64,000 nucleotides of DNA, taken from contig CAVWWD010000003.1 in assembly GCA_963758635.1 (NCBI GenBank), forward strand, positions 32,001-96,000, in the 5' to 3' direction. Positions 50,785-62,255 of this stretch are shown here, in pieces; within the stretch, counting starts at the first letter, position 1; every line of letters begins with the position of its first letter. The position numbers and the translations under genes were made by a program. The notes under the pieces are model-generated. The model saw only the letters and a list, made by a program, of their open reading frames with translations. It was not told where the DNA came from and did not search any database. This DNA is from an uncultured Candidatus Rokubacteria bacterium. Lineage in GTDB: Bacteria; Methylomirabilota; Methylomirabilia; Rokubacteriales; CSP1-6.

Positions 50785-53700
50785 CGCTCGTCGACCAGGC
50801 GGCGCGCGATCGCATCCGCGGCTCGCTCGACGAGAGCATGGTGGTGGAGGCGGCGGCGGGCACGGGGAAGACGAGCGAGCTGGTGACGCGGCTCGTCGCC
50901 GTGCTCGCGGAGGGGCGCGGAACCATCTCGAGCGTCGCCGCCGTGACCTTCACGGAGAAGGCGGCGGGCGAGCTGAAGCTCCGCCTGCGCTCCGAGCTGG
51001 AGCGGGCTCGCGAGGCGGAAGGGGGCGGCGCGCGCCGCGAGCGGCTCGACGCGGCGGTGGCCCGCCTGGAGGAAGCGCGGCTCAGCACCATCCACGGCTT
51101 CTGCAACGACCTGCTGCACGAGCGACCGGTGGAGGCGCGAGTGGACCCGCGCTTCGAGGTGCTGACCGAAGCCCAGGCCGAAAGCGTCTATCGCCGGGCG
51201 TTCGACCGCTGGATCGAGGGCAAGCTGGAGGATCCAGGGGAGGGGCTCCGGCGCGCGCTCCGCCGCCGCGCCACGCTCGACGACGGCGACCCGGTGGAGC
51301 GCCTCCGGAGGGCGGGGTGGACGCTCGCCGGCTGGCGCGACTTCCGCCACCCGTGGCGGCGGGAGGCCTGGGACCGGGCCGCGGACATCGACGCCCTCGT
51401 GAGCCAGGTGCACGCATTCCGGGAGCATCCTGTCCTCGTGCGGCAATCCGGCCGACAGCCTCTACGCCGACACCTGGCTCGCGCGCCGGATCAGCGACGA
51501 CGCAACCTTGACCGAGCGCCACGGGGTGCGAGACCTCGACGCCCTCGAGGCCGGCCTGGTCGATCTGGCGCGGAACCGTCAGTTCAGGTGGCCCCGGCGA
51601 GGATCCGACCGCAACTACCGGGGCGGGGCGACCCGCGCGGACGATCTTCACGGCCCACCGCGCGCTGATCGACGCGCTCGACGACTTCGCGCGGCGCGCT
51701 GACGCCGACCTCGCCGCGCTCCTGCAGCAGGATCTCTTCGCCACCGTGGACGACTACGAGGCGCTCAAGGCGCGCGCGGGGAGCCTCGATTTCCTGGACC
51801 TCCTCCTCCGCGCCCGCGACCTCGTCCGGGATTGTGCCGAGGTGCGCGCCGAGCTTCAGCGCCGCTTCACGCACGTGTTCGTGGACGAGTTCCAGGACAC
51901 CGATCCCCTCCAGGCCGAGATCCTGCTGCTGCTCGCGAGCAGCGACCCCACGGTCGCGAGCTGGCGCGACGTGGCGCCGGTTCCGGGCAAGCTCTTCATC
52001 GTGGGGGACCCGAAGCAGTCCATCTATCGCTTCCGCCGGGCCGACGTCGGCGTGTATCAGGACGTGAAGGCGGTGCTCGGCCGGCACGGGGTGCCCGTGG
52101 TGGAGCTCACCTCGAGCTTTCGCGCCGTGCCCGAGCTCCAGCGGTTCGTCAACGCCGCCTTCGCGCGAGAGGATGACGGAGGATGCCGCGACGCTCCAGG
52201 CGGGCTACGTCCCCTTGGCCCCGTATCGATCGGACCGCGCAGGGCAGGCGAGCGTGGTCGCGCTGCCCGTGCCGCGGCCGTACGGGTGGAGCGGTCTCAC
52301 GAAGACGGCGATCCAGGAGTCGCTGCCGGACGCGGTCGGCGCATTCGTGGACTGGCTCCTGACGAAGAGCGACTGGCGCGTCACCGAGCGGGAGCACGGC
52401 GAGGTCCCCGTGGCGGCGCGGCACGTCTGCCTCCTGTTCCGGCGGTTCGCCCAGTGGGGCACGGACGTCACGCAGCCCTACGTGGAGGCGCTGGAAGCGC
52501 GCGGGATCGCGCACATGCTCGTGGGCGGAAAGTCGTTCCATTCGCGCGAGGAGGTCGAGAGCCTGCGCACCGCGCTGACCGCCATCGAGTGGCCCGACGA
52601 CGAGCTGGCGGTGTACGGGGCCTTGCACGGTCCGCTGTTCGCAGTCGGCGACGAGGCCTTGCTCGAGTACCGCTCTCGAGGCGGGCGGCTGCACCCGTTC
52701 CGGCCGCCGCCGGCGGACCTCGAGGCGGCGGAGGCCGCCCGCCTCGGACCCGTGGTCGATGGATTGCGCTTCCTTGGTGAGCTGCATCGGCTCCGGAACC
52801 GCCGGCCGGCCGAAGATACGGTGACCGCGCTCCTCACCGAGACGCGGGCTCACGCCGGGTTCATCTTGCGGCCGTCGGGCGAGCGCGCGCTTGCCAACGT
52901 GCTGCGCATCGTGGAACTGGCGCGCGCCTGGGAGGCGTCGGGCGGGGTCTCGTTCCGCGGGTTCGTGGAGTCTCTTGCCGACGCGCAACAGGACGACGCC
53001 GCAGAGGCGCCCATCGTGGAGGAAGGGAGCGAGGGCGTGCGGATCATGACCGTGCACCGGGCCAAGGGGCTCGAGTTCCCGGTCGTGATCCTCGCCGACA
53101 TCGGCGCGAACATCGCCGCCCACACCCCCGGCCGGCACGTCGATCCCGCGCGCGGGCTCTGCGCGGTGCGCCTGGCCGGTTGGTCGCCGTGGGACCTCCT
53201 GGACCGCGAGGAGGACGAGCTGAAACGCGACGTCGCCGAGGGGGTCCGTGTCGCCTACGTGGCCGCCACACGGGCGCGCGATCTCCTCGTGGTGCCCGCG
53301 GTGGGCGACGACCCGTTCGCGAGCGGATGGGAGGCGGCGGGGGAGAGCTGGATCGAGCCCGTCCAGCGGGCCGTCTACCCGGAAGCGGAGCGACGGAGGA
53401 ACTCTGGACCCGCGCCTGGCTGTCCTGCCTTCAAGGAGGACAGCGTTCTGGACCGACGTAATCGTGACGTCGCCGATCCCGACAACGTACGCCCCGGCCT
53501 GCACCGGCTGGGCGAGACGGGCGGCGACCCCTATCACGTCGTGTGGTGGGATCCCGAGGTGCTGGTCCTCGGGGTGGAACCGACCTTCGGTATCAGGCGC
53601 CAGGACCTCATCGAGGACGCCGGCCCCGAGGTGCTGGAGGCCGACCAGCGCAGCTACCAGGACTGGCAGCGCGGGCGGGATGAGGCGCGCGAGAGGGGCG

Positions 53701-54251
53701 CTGCGCCCACGATCGCGGTGCGCACCGTCACCGAGTGGGCGCAGCGCGCGACCGGTCAGGACGAGGATTTCGAGGTGGCCGTGGTCGACGTGGCGAGCCC
53801 CGGTCCCCGGCCGTCGGGGCCGCGCTTCGGGACGCTGGTGCACGCCGTCCTCGCCACCGTGCCGCTCGACGCGGGGCGGGACGCCATCTCGGACATGGCG
53901 ACCGTCCAGGGGCGGATCCTCGGCGCGCCGCCCGACGAGGTCGCGGCGGCGGCGTCCGTCGTCGAGGCCGTCCTCGCCGAGCCTCTGATGGCCCGCGCGC
54001 GTCTCGCGTGGCGCGCCGGCCGGTGCCGTCGCGAGACGCCGATCACCGAGGTTCTCGGCGACGGCGCGATCCTCGAGGGCGTGCTGGACCTGGCGTTCGA
54101 GGAGGACGACGGCTGGACCGTGGTGGACTTCAAGACCCAGGCGGAGATGGCGACGCCGCTCGCCAGCCACCGGCGCCAGGTCTCCGCCTACGCCTCCGTC
54201 GTGACCCGCGTCACCGGTCGCCCCGCTAGCCCCGTGCTGCTCCGGATCTGA
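50781..54251 (+). CDS. addA: AddA-like UvrD helicase-nuclease (frameshifted)
   Basis: [68 protein letters not shown]...VDFKT. Confidence 0.88.
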
Positions 54252-54279
54252 TCCTCCCGCCACGATCCACGCGGCACAC

Positions 54280-54340
54280 CGTTGCGCGAGTGCCTGACCC
54301 CATTGCGCCGAAGTGCCTGACCCCGTTGCGCCCGTTGCGC
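54280..54340. repeat. Short tandem REP-like repeats
   Basis: AGTGCCTGACCCC twice, interleaved with TTGCGC four times, between convergent genes. Confidence 0.6.
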
Positions 54341-54346
54341 GGGCGC

Positions 54347-54841
54347 TCAGAACAGCGGGCGCTGGCGGCGCTCCAGGGCGAGCAGGGCTTCCTTGATGGC
54401 GAGGCCGCCGCCGTAGCCGGTGAGCCGGCCGTTCGCGCCGATCACCCGGTGGCAGGGCACGACGATGGCGATGGGGTTCTGGCCGTTGGCGGCGCCCACC
54501 GCGCGCACGGCGGCGGGGTGGCCGATCCGCCGCGCCAGCTCTCCGTACGAGATCGTCTCGCCGTAGGGGATCTCGAGGAGACCTTTCCACACCGCCTGCT
54601 GGAAGGCCGTGCCCTCGGGCGCCAGCGGAAAATCGAACTCGGTCAGCTCGCGGGCGAAGTACGCCTCGAGCTGCTGGACGGGCTCCGCGAAGGGCTCCTT
54701 CGCGCGCTTCCAGCCGTCCTCGGGCTCGAGCACGCTCCTCCCCTCCGCGAAGCCCAGCCGGCGCAGCCCCGCGTCGTCCCCGGCGAGGAGCAGCCGTCCC
54801 ACCGGGCTCGCCATGTAGGTGTACCGCATCGTGTCGGTCAT
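54347..54841 (-). CDS. ogt: Methylated-DNA--protein-cysteine S-methyltransferase
   Basis: GTAFQQAVW, IPYGETISY, RAVG, PCHRV, K..LL..E. Confidence 0.95.
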   Translation of the reverse strand: MTDTMRYTYMASPVGRLLLAGDDAGLRRLGFAEGRSVLEPEDGWKRAKEPFAEPVQQLEAYFARELTEFDFPLAPEGTAFQQAVWKGLLEIPYGETISYGELARRIGHPAAVRAVGAANGQNPIAIVVPCHRVIGANGRLTGYGGGLAIKEALLALERRQRPLF

Positions 54842-54996
54842 GTTCGTGCCCCCTCGCGCCCGCCAGTCTAACCGCATCCGCTCATCGTTTCCCGCTACGA
54901 GCTCGAGCTCCCTCGACCGATGACTTGGTATCCTTGGAGCCTCGTCGGCGGGGGCCAAGCCCCCTCGCATCGAACAGACACCGCAGGAGGCCGGGC

Positions 54997-55866
54997 ATGA
55001 AATTCGGATTGCGCTACGCCAGTCTCGGACGATACGTGGACGGGCCCGCGGCGGTGGCCCTGGCCCAGGCCGCCGAGGAGGCCGGGTTCGAGTCGATCTG
55101 GACCGTCGAGCACGTCGTGGTGCCGAGCGGCTACCAGTCGCGCTACCCGTACTCGTCGACCGGCCGGATGGGCTCGGGCCTCGAGGACTTCCCGATCCCC
55201 GATCCCTTGATCTGGCTCGCCTACGTCGCGTCCGCCACCCGCTCCATCAAGCTCGGCACCGCGATCCTCATCCTCCCCCAGCGCAACCCGGTGGTCACGG
55301 CCAAGGCGCTCGCCACGCTCGACCACATGGCCGGCGGCCGCCGCGTGCTGCTGGGCATCGGCGTGGGCTGGCTCGCCGAGGAGTTCGCCGCCCTCGGCGT
55401 CCCGTTCGACGACCGCGGGCCCCGCACCGACGAGTACGTGGCGGCCATGCGCGCGCTCTGGAGCCAGGAGTGCGCGAGCTTCACGGGACGGTTCGTCTCC
55501 TTCGACAAGGTGTTCTGCCGGCCGCTCCCGCCGGCCCGGGCGATCCCCATCGTGGTGGGCGGTGACACGAAGGCCGCGGCGCGCCGCGCCGGCCGCCTCG
55601 GCGACGGCTACTTCCCGGCCCGCGGCGCCTCGGCCGATCTGCTCGACGAGATGCGCCGCGCCGCGGAGGCGGCGGGACGCGATCCGGCGGCGATCGAGGT
55701 GACGGTGTCGGCGCCGCCCGACCCCGCCGAGATCGAGGCCCTCGCGAAGCGCGGCATCACGCGCGTGGCCGTTCCCGTGAGCGCGGCGGCCGGGCTGCCC
55801 GCCCAGGTGCGGACGCCGGACGACGTGCTGCGCTACGGCAAGGACGTGATCGCGCGCTTCCGCTGA
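54997..55866 (+). CDS. LLM class F420-dependent oxidoreductase
   Basis: AEEAGFESIWTVEHVV, DPLIWL, LPQRNP, GIGVGWLAEEF. Confidence 0.92.
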   Translation: MKFGLRYASLGRYVDGPAAVALAQAAEEAGFESIWTVEHVVVPSGYQSRYPYSSTGRMGSGLEDFPIPDPLIWLAYVASATRSIKLGTAILILPQRNPVVTAKALATLDHMAGGRRVLLGIGVGWLAEEFAALGVPFDDRGPRTDEYVAAMRALWSQECASFTGRFVSFDKVFCRPLPPARAIPIVVGGDTKAAARRAGRLGDGYFPARGASADLLDEMRRAAEAAGRDPAAIEVTVSAPPDPAEIEALAKRGITRVAVPVSAAAGLPAQVRTPDDVLRYGKDVIARFR

Positions 55867-57528
55867 TGCCGGCCCCGCCGCCCCGCCGCCTCGCCGCAGG
55901 GCTCGCGCTCCTCGCGCTCGTCCTGTGGCCCGCGCTCGGCGCCGCCGCTCACGTCAAGGCGCCGGCGGCGGGCGAGCTTCTCTCGCACGTGGAGGCGCTC
56001 ACCGCGCCCGCCATGGAGGGACGCGGGTCGGGCACGCCGGGCGGCGACCTCGCGGCGCGCTACCTCGCGGAGCGGCTCGCCGCGGCGGGCGTGGCGCCGG
56101 CGGGTGAATCCGGCGGCTACGAGCAGCGCTTCGTCCTCGGCTCCACGCGCCGCGCCGGCCGGGACGCGGCGCTCGAGCGCGTCGGCGCGAAGCCCGAGCG
56201 CTTCGCCGTGGGGCGCGACTGGCAGCTGCACGGGGGCGCGCCAACCGGCGCCGCGGAGGGCGAGGTGATCCACGCCGGACACGGGATCACGAGCGCGGAC
56301 GGCCGTCACGACGACTACGCCGGCCTCGACGTGCGCGACCGGATCGTCGTCGTCCAGGACGGCGCTCCCGCGAGCCTGACTGGCGCCCGCGCCTCCCGGC
56401 TCGAGAAGCTCATCGTGGCTCGCCATCGAGGCGCCCGCGCGCTCCTCGTCGTCGCGGACTCGGTCCCGGCCGTGGACGCGACGGCGGCGCCGTTTGCGCT
56501 CCCCTCGGCCACGATCACGCGCGCAACGGCCGCGGCGCTGCCCTCCGGCTCGCGCGTCCGCCTGGTGATCGAACGTCGATCGCGCGGACCGCACCGCGGC
56601 CAACGTCGTCGGCGTGGTGCGGGGCACGGATCCCGCCCTCGCCGGCGAGACGCTGGTGCTCGGCGCCCACTACGACCACCTCGGGCGCTCGGGGACCGCG
56701 GTCTACCCGGGCGCCGACGACAACGCCTCCGGCGCCGCGGTCGTGCTCGGGCTGGCGCGCGCCCTCGCCGCCGCCGGCGGGCTGCCGCGCACCGTGGTCG
56801 TCGCGCTGTTCGCGGGCGAGGAGCTCGGGCTCCTCGGCTCGAGCCACCACGTCAAGCATCCCGCCACGCCCGGCGATCGCACCGTGGTCATGATGAACCT
56901 GGACATGGTCGGGCGCTTCGCCCAGGGCGGTCTCCAGGTGGGCGGCGTCGAGAGCGGGGCGGGACTGGACGGCGTGGTGCGCGCGGCCGCGAAGGCCACC
57001 GGCATCGACGTGAAGGTCAGCGGCCACCCGAACGGCCCGTCCGATCACGCGAGCTTCTACGCCGCGGGGGTGCCGGTCCTGTTCTTCCACACGGGCTCCC
57101 ACGCCGACTACCACGCCCCCACCGACACGGCGGAGAAGATCGACGCGGCCGGGCTGGCCCGCGTGGCCGCGCTCGCCGCGGAGACGCTGGAGCGGCTGGC
57201 GAGCGCGCCGCGGCCGACGTTCGTTCAGGTCGCGCCGCCGCGGTCGCGCGCCAGCGGCCCGTCGGGCGGGGCGTTCCTCGGGGTCATGGCGGGCGGCCGC
57301 GCCGGGGACGGGGTCAGGCTCGGCGCCGTCCTGCCCGGCACCGCCGCGGCGCGGGCGGGGATGCGCGACGGCGACATCCTGGTTCGCATCGGCGGCGTCA
57401 CCGTCGACAGCTTCGAGGACCTGCGACGGGTGCTCGGCGACCGCCGCCCCGGCGACACGGTCAGCGTGGTCTACCTGCGCGCGGGCGACGACCACACCGT
57501 CTCGACCACGCTCGGCCCCCGGCCGTGA
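55866..57528 (+). CDS. Secreted M28 peptidase with PA and PDZ domains (frameshift near 56585)
   Basis: Signal peptide, MEGRGSG, GAHYDHLG, GADDNASG, GEELGLLGS, NLDMVG, SDH, YHAPTD, C-terminal PDZ. Confidence 0.9.
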
Positions 57529-57676
57529 GATCGGGCTGGAGGACCGGCGTGTGCTGAGGAACCGGCGGCGTGTCGCGCGCGTCGATCGAGAGCGACCACG
57601 GCATATCGCGCACTCGCGGCGAGGCGAGCCGAAGGCGAGACGAGCGAAGGAGTAAAGCAGGAAGACACTGCAGCCG

Positions 57677-57735
57677 ACGGGACCCTGCAATGCCACCGCT
57701 CGGCATTCGTCTGATGCGCTGAGGCTTACAGGAGG
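57677..57735 (+). promoter_or_regulatory. Conserved 59-bp leader, copy A (upstream of LLM gene)
   Basis: ACGGGACCCTGCAATGCCACCGCTCGGCATTCGTCTGATGCGCTGAGGCTTACAGGAGG; 36 of the first 43 nt identical to copy B. Confidence 0.7.
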
Positions 57736-57743
57736 AGCGTCCC

Positions 57744-58656
57744 ATGAGAGTCGGCATCTCGCTCACCAGCGCCCGGCAGGACACCGACCCGCGCGTGGGC
57801 GCGCGCTTCATGATCGACCGCACGGCGGCGGCGCGGCGGGCCGGCCTCGACTCGCTGTTCGTCGGCGACCACCATGCGACGCCGCACCCCTACTACCAGA
57901 ACACCCCGATCCTGGGCCGGCTCCTCGCGGAGTGGGGCGACGCCCCGGCGGGGTGCCTCTTCCTGCTGCCCCTCTGGAACCCGGTGCTCCTCGCCGAGCA
58001 GGTGGGCACGCTCGCCGCCGTCGCGAGCGGCCGCTTCATCTTCCAGTGCGGGCTCGGGGACGGCGCGCCGCAGTTCGCGGCCATGGGCGCGGACGTCCGC
58101 CAGCGTCGCTCGGCGTTCGAGGAGTCGTTCGACCTCGTGAAGCGCCTCCTCGCCGGCGAGGCGGTGAGCTCGGCCGGGCGCTTCCGCGTGGAGGGCGCGA
58201 GGCTGGCCCTCCGGCCCGCCGAGCCCGTGGAGTACTGGATCGGCGCGAGCGCCGAGCCCGCCATCGACCGGGCGGCGCGGATCGCCGACGGGTGGCTCGC
58301 GTCGCCCGGCCTCGCGCCGGCGACGGCGCGCGCGCAGCTCGCGTTCTATCGCGAGCGATGCAAGGCGTACGGGCGTCCGCCCGCCGCGGTGGCGATCCGC
58401 CGCGACATCTACGTGGGCGCGTCCCACGCGGAGGCCGAGGCGGTGGCCGGGCCCATCGTGGCGAAGGGCTACCGCGGGTTCGCGCCCGACGCGCTGGTGT
58501 GGGGAAGCGTGGAGGAGGTCGCGGCGCGCTTCCGCGGAGCTGGCGGCGATGGGCTACACGGACGTGATCGTGCGCCACCTCACCGACGACCAGCCGAAGG
58601 TGATGGCGTCGCTCGCCCGCCTCGCCGACGTGCGCGAGGCGGTGAAGCAGGCGTGA
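57744..58656 (+). CDS. LLM class flavin-dependent oxidoreductase (frameshift near 58537)
   Basis: GLDSLFVGDHH, LLPLWNPVLLAEQVGTL, AIDRAARIADGW. Confidence 0.88.
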
Positions 58657-58670
58657 CGCCGGGCGACGCC

Positions 58671-59078
58671 ATGGTGTTCCGGGCGGCGTGCGCGGCCCTG
58701 GCCGCCATCGCGTGGCTCGTCGCGGGCACGGATGCCTCCGCCCAGGCGCGGCGCAGTGTCACCGAGGTGCTCGCGAACCCGGCGGCGTTCGACAACGAGG
58801 AGATCTACATCGAGGGTGTCGTGGTCGTGTCGCAATGGTCGCCCATGACCGTGCTCGGCAACCCGCCGCGGCAGGACCTGTTCCCGCTCCTGCTGCTGAA
58901 CGACGGCGCGGCGAGCATGTGGGTGATCATCGTCGCGAGCCCGAGCCCGAGCAGGGGCATCGGCAGCAGATCGACCGTCTTCGCCCCGCCGTCGGTGGGC
59001 ACGAGCATCGTCGTCCGCGGCACCTTCCGCGCGGCGACCCGCGCGCTCGAGTCGTACGACGGGTTCACGCTCCGCTGA
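58671..59078 (+). CDS. Secreted hypothetical protein, possibly OB-fold
   Basis: Signal peptide ending ASA; SVTEVLANPAAFD..IYIEGVV...VGTSIVVRGTF. Confidence 0.65.
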   Translation: MVFRAACAALAAIAWLVAGTDASAQARRSVTEVLANPAAFDNEEIYIEGVVVVSQWSPMTVLGNPPRQDLFPLLLLNDGAASMWVIIVASPSPSRGIGSRSTVFAPPSVGTSIVVRGTFRAATRALESYDGFTLR

Positions 59079-59147
59079 GCGTCCGCGTGCTTCGCGCGCG
59101 GCGGTCTCCCGAGGCGCTGACGCCGGCGGCCATGAGGTCGGCCCGGG

Positions 59148-59906
59148 TCACTCCCGCGGCAAGAGCGTGATCGCGTCGTAGTGGCCGACCGCGCTCTCCC
59201 CGGTGTCGTCGGTGTCGGTCATGACGGCGACGCCCGCGACGCGGGGCGGCTCGCCGCCGAACGCCCGCCGGTAGTCGTCCAGGAGGTTCCGCTTCTCGCT
59301 CACCCAGCGCCCGGCCCGGGCGGGGCCGCTCTGCACCACGATCATGCGGGCGCGGCTCGTGTAGGCGTTGTCGAGCACGGTGCCCACGGGCAGGCGGTTG
59401 TCCCACACGTAGTTCAGCACGCCCTTGGGCGGGTACTCGCCGTAGATCGCGCGATAGAAGCCGTAGACCGTCCGCTCCCACAAGGTGGCGCGCTCCGGAT
59501 CGTAGCGGAAGGCGACGTAGACGCGCGCGGGGTAGTCGTCGCCGCGCGCGCGTGCGCGCATCCGCTCGCGCGATGACGCCGTCCACCTTCCAGCGCCACG
59601 CCAGCACCGGGTGGGCGCGGGGATCGGCGTCGACGCGGCGGAAGAGCGTCGGACGCGGCGGCGTGGCTCTCGGCCCGGAGGACGTGTCCGGCTCCGTCCC
59701 GCACCACCGTGTAGCGGGTGTGGCGCGGCACGCGCTTGAACGTGAGGTGCTCCCAGCCGGGAGGAAGGGCGTCCGGATCCGCGGGCGCCGCGAACGGGCC
59801 GAGCTCGATGGCCGGCGCGCGGCGCTCGTCGGCGCCGGCGGCCCGCGACGCGACCGCGAGGACCGGCGAGAGCGATGACGAGGACGGCGCGGCTCCGCCC
59901 CGTCAC
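59148..59906 (-). CDS. DUF3047 domain protein, exported (frameshifted)
   Basis: HTRYTVV, LAWRWKV, DDYPARVYVAF, LNYVWD, WVSEKRNLLDDYRRAFG, MTDTDDTG. Confidence 0.85.
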   Translation of the reverse strand: MTGRSRAVLVIALAGPRGRVAGRRRRRAPRAGHRARPVRGARGSGRPSSRLGAPHVQARAAPHPLHGGAGRSRTRPPGREPRRRVRRSSAASTPIPAPTRCWRGAGRWTASSRERMRARARGDDYPARVYVAFRYDPERATLWERTVYGFYRAIYGEYPPKGVLNYVWDNRLPVGTVLDNAYTSRARMIVVQSGPARAGRWVSEKRNLLDDYRRAFGGEPPRVAGVAVMTDTDDTGESAVGHYDAITLLPRE

Positions 59907-60672
59907 CGCCGCGGGCGCCCGGCCGCGGCCTGCGCCGCCCGCGCGGCCCGCCAGCTCCGGGTAGTACCAGCGGTGGAGGCGCTCGGGCCGGGCCCCGCAG
60001 AAGTAGAGGAGGCGCAGGGTCCACATGAGGAGGATGGTGCGCGCCACGCCGTCGCTTCTCCCACTTGCGCGCGGAGGTGCGCACGCGCTGGCGCAGGCAC
60101 GCCACCCGCCCCAGGCGACGGAGCCGCCGCGTCAGCTCGATGTCCTCCATGAGCGGGATGGCCGCGTAGCCGCCCAGCGCCTCGAAGGCGGCGCGCCGCA
60201 CGAAGATGGCCTGGTCGCCGGTGAAGATGCCGGACAGGCGCGAGCGCAGGTTCATGAGGGCGGCGACCATCCGGAAGGGCCAGCGCGGGTTGTCGAGGAC
60301 GACGTCGAACCGGCCGCCCACGACCCGCAGGTCGCCGAGCGCGCGCGCGATGGCGCCCTCGAAGCCCGCGGGCAGATGCGTGTCGGCGTGGAGGAAGAGC
60401 AGGACGTCCCCGGTGGCGGCGGCGGCGCCCGCGTTCATCTGGAGGGCGCGGCCACAGGGCGACGTCACGAGCCGCGCGCCGGGCGCGCGCCGTACCACGG
60501 CCTCGGTGTCGTCCGCGCTGCCGCCGTCCGCCACGAGGACCTCCGCCTCGGGGGCCAGGATGCGGAGCTCGGGCAGCAGGCGGTCGAGGTTCCGGGCTTC
60601 GTCCAGCGCGGGGACGACGATCGACAGCGTGATGGGCGTCTCGGGGCCCGGGCCGGAGCGCCGCGCGCTCAT
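59903..60672 (-). CDS. GT2 glycosyltransferase, TIGR04283-like (frameshift near 60055)
   Basis: SIVVPALDE, DGGSAD, GRALQMNAGA, LFLHAD, TGDQAIF, LMED, TSARKW. Confidence 0.88.
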
Positions 60673-60724
60673 CGGGTCCACCGGAGCCACGTCGCGAACA
60701 GCCGCTTCACCGCTGCCCTTCCGC

Positions 60725-61429
60725 TCAGGCCGTCACGCGGCGGGCGAGCGCGCCGCGGGCGATTCTCGTCACGTACACGGTCACGGCGACGGTAGCGAGG
60801 AGTCCGACAGCCGACAGCGTCCACTCCGCGGGCGTCCGCGCGTGCTGTCCCGCGGCCAGGCTCGCGAGGTCACCGGCCACCGACCCCACGTACACGTAGA
60901 GCAGCGTGCCCGGCAGCATGCCCGCCCACGAGGCGAAGAAGTAGTGGCGGAAGGGGATGCGCGTCACCCCGAACGCGTAGTTGAGCAGGTTGAAGGGGAA
61001 GATCGGAGACAGTCGCGTGAGCGCGACGATCTTCCAGCCGTCGCGGGCCACCGCGTGGTCGATGGCCGAAAACGCCGCGTTGCCCTCGATGCGATGGGCC
61101 ACCCAGTCGCGGGCCAGGTACCGGCCGGCGAGGAAGGCGGCGCCGGCGGCCAGGGGCGCCGCGATGGCCACGGTGACGATGCCCGTGGCGAGGCCGAAGA
61201 TCGCGCCCGCGCCCAGGGTGAGCGGGAACCCGGGGACGAAGAGCACCGCGGCGGCGACGTAGAGCCCGACGAACAGCACGGGCCCGAGCGCGCCGAGGCC
61301 GCGGATCCACTCGAGCGCGGACGTCAGGACGGCGCCGTCCAGGTATCGCGCGCCGGCGATCAGCAAGACGACGACGGCGGCGAGGAGGACGAGCGGGGCT
61401 TTCGAGCGGACGACGCCGGGCGGGGCCAT
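60725..61429 (-). CDS. TVP38/TMEM64 (DedA/VTT) membrane protein
   Basis: LTLGAGAIFG, RLSPIFPFNLLNYAFG, GMLPGT. Confidence 0.92.
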   Translation of the reverse strand: MAPPGVVRSKAPLVLLAAVVVLLIAGARYLDGAVLTSALEWIRGLGALGPVLFVGLYVAAAVLFVPGFPLTLGAGAIFGLATGIVTVAIAAPLAAGAAFLAGRYLARDWVAHRIEGNAAFSAIDHAVARDGWKIVALTRLSPIFPFNLLNYAFGVTRIPFRHYFFASWAGMLPGTLLYVYVGSVAGDLASLAAGQHARTPAEWTLSAVGLLATVAVTVYVTRIARGALARRVTA

Positions 61430-61438
61430 GCCGGTGGG

Positions 61439-62255
61439 TCAGAACTTGCCCCGGACCCGCTCCTTCGTCGGGAGGTTCTCCAGGCACGTGGTCCACCAGC
61501 CCGTGCGGATGGTCTCGGCGAACTCCGGAGGCAGGCCCTCGCGCTCGATCTGGCGCGCGAGCGTCTCGTGGTCGTAGTGCACGGGCACGAACTCCACCGA
61601 GAGGTCGGGCGACGCGGTGAGCACGGTGTACCACACGTTGGTGGACCCGTCGTTCTCCGGGCGGCCGATCACGCCCACGTTGACCGCGTGCTCCCCCTCG
61701 GCGAGGGCGCGGTGCCACTTGATGCCGGTGTGCGTGCACAGGAGCACGTCCGCGGCGTGGTCGCCGAGGAAGCGCCGGAGCAGGCCGGACGGCGTCGTCG
61801 ACTCCCACAGGAACTCGTTCACCACCCGGGGCGACCCGTGACACATCAGCACGCGGTGCGCGCCGAGGGCGATCCGGCGGTGGCGGGGCAGGGTGCCGAG
61901 CCAGGCGCGGTTGTCGGCGGAGGTGCGCGTGAACGTGTATTCGTAGCTGATCCGCGCGTAGTGGTTGTCGCGCGGATCCGTGTAGCCGCACCCGCAGTCC
62001 GCGCGGCCCGAGGCCAGCGATTCGTCGTAGTTGCCCTGGATGGCGAGCACGCCGTGATCCCGGAGCAGCGGGAACACACGATCGGGATACGGGCCGAAGC
62101 CGCCCATGTCGCCGAGGCAGAACACCGCCTCCACGTCGCGGCGGCGGGCGTCCTGCCAGCGTGGCGGCCAGCGCCAGCGCGTTGTTGTACACGCCGCCGA
62201 AGACCGCGATGCGGCGGTACTCGGGGACGGGGGCGCGTTCCGGCTCGCCGGCCAT
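61439..62255 (-). CDS. Atypical metallophosphoesterase family protein (frameshift near 62155)
   Basis: FGGVYNN, CLGD, QGNYD, DCGCGY, CHGSP, CTHTG, NVGVIG, WWTTCLE. Confidence 0.85.

Noticed and set aside
54280..54340. CRISPR array
   Set aside because: Only two 13-bp units with a 10-nt spacer, and no cas genes in the window
57677..57735. Fluoride riboswitch or hammerhead identity for the 59-bp leader
   Set aside because: Has ACCGC and CTGATG but lacks the 5' GGNGAUGG and pseudoknot partner; no CUGAUGA/GAAA core
57744..59078. LLM fused to a secreted domain
   Set aside because: Frameshift artefact; the LLM ends at 58656 and the next gene has its own signal peptide
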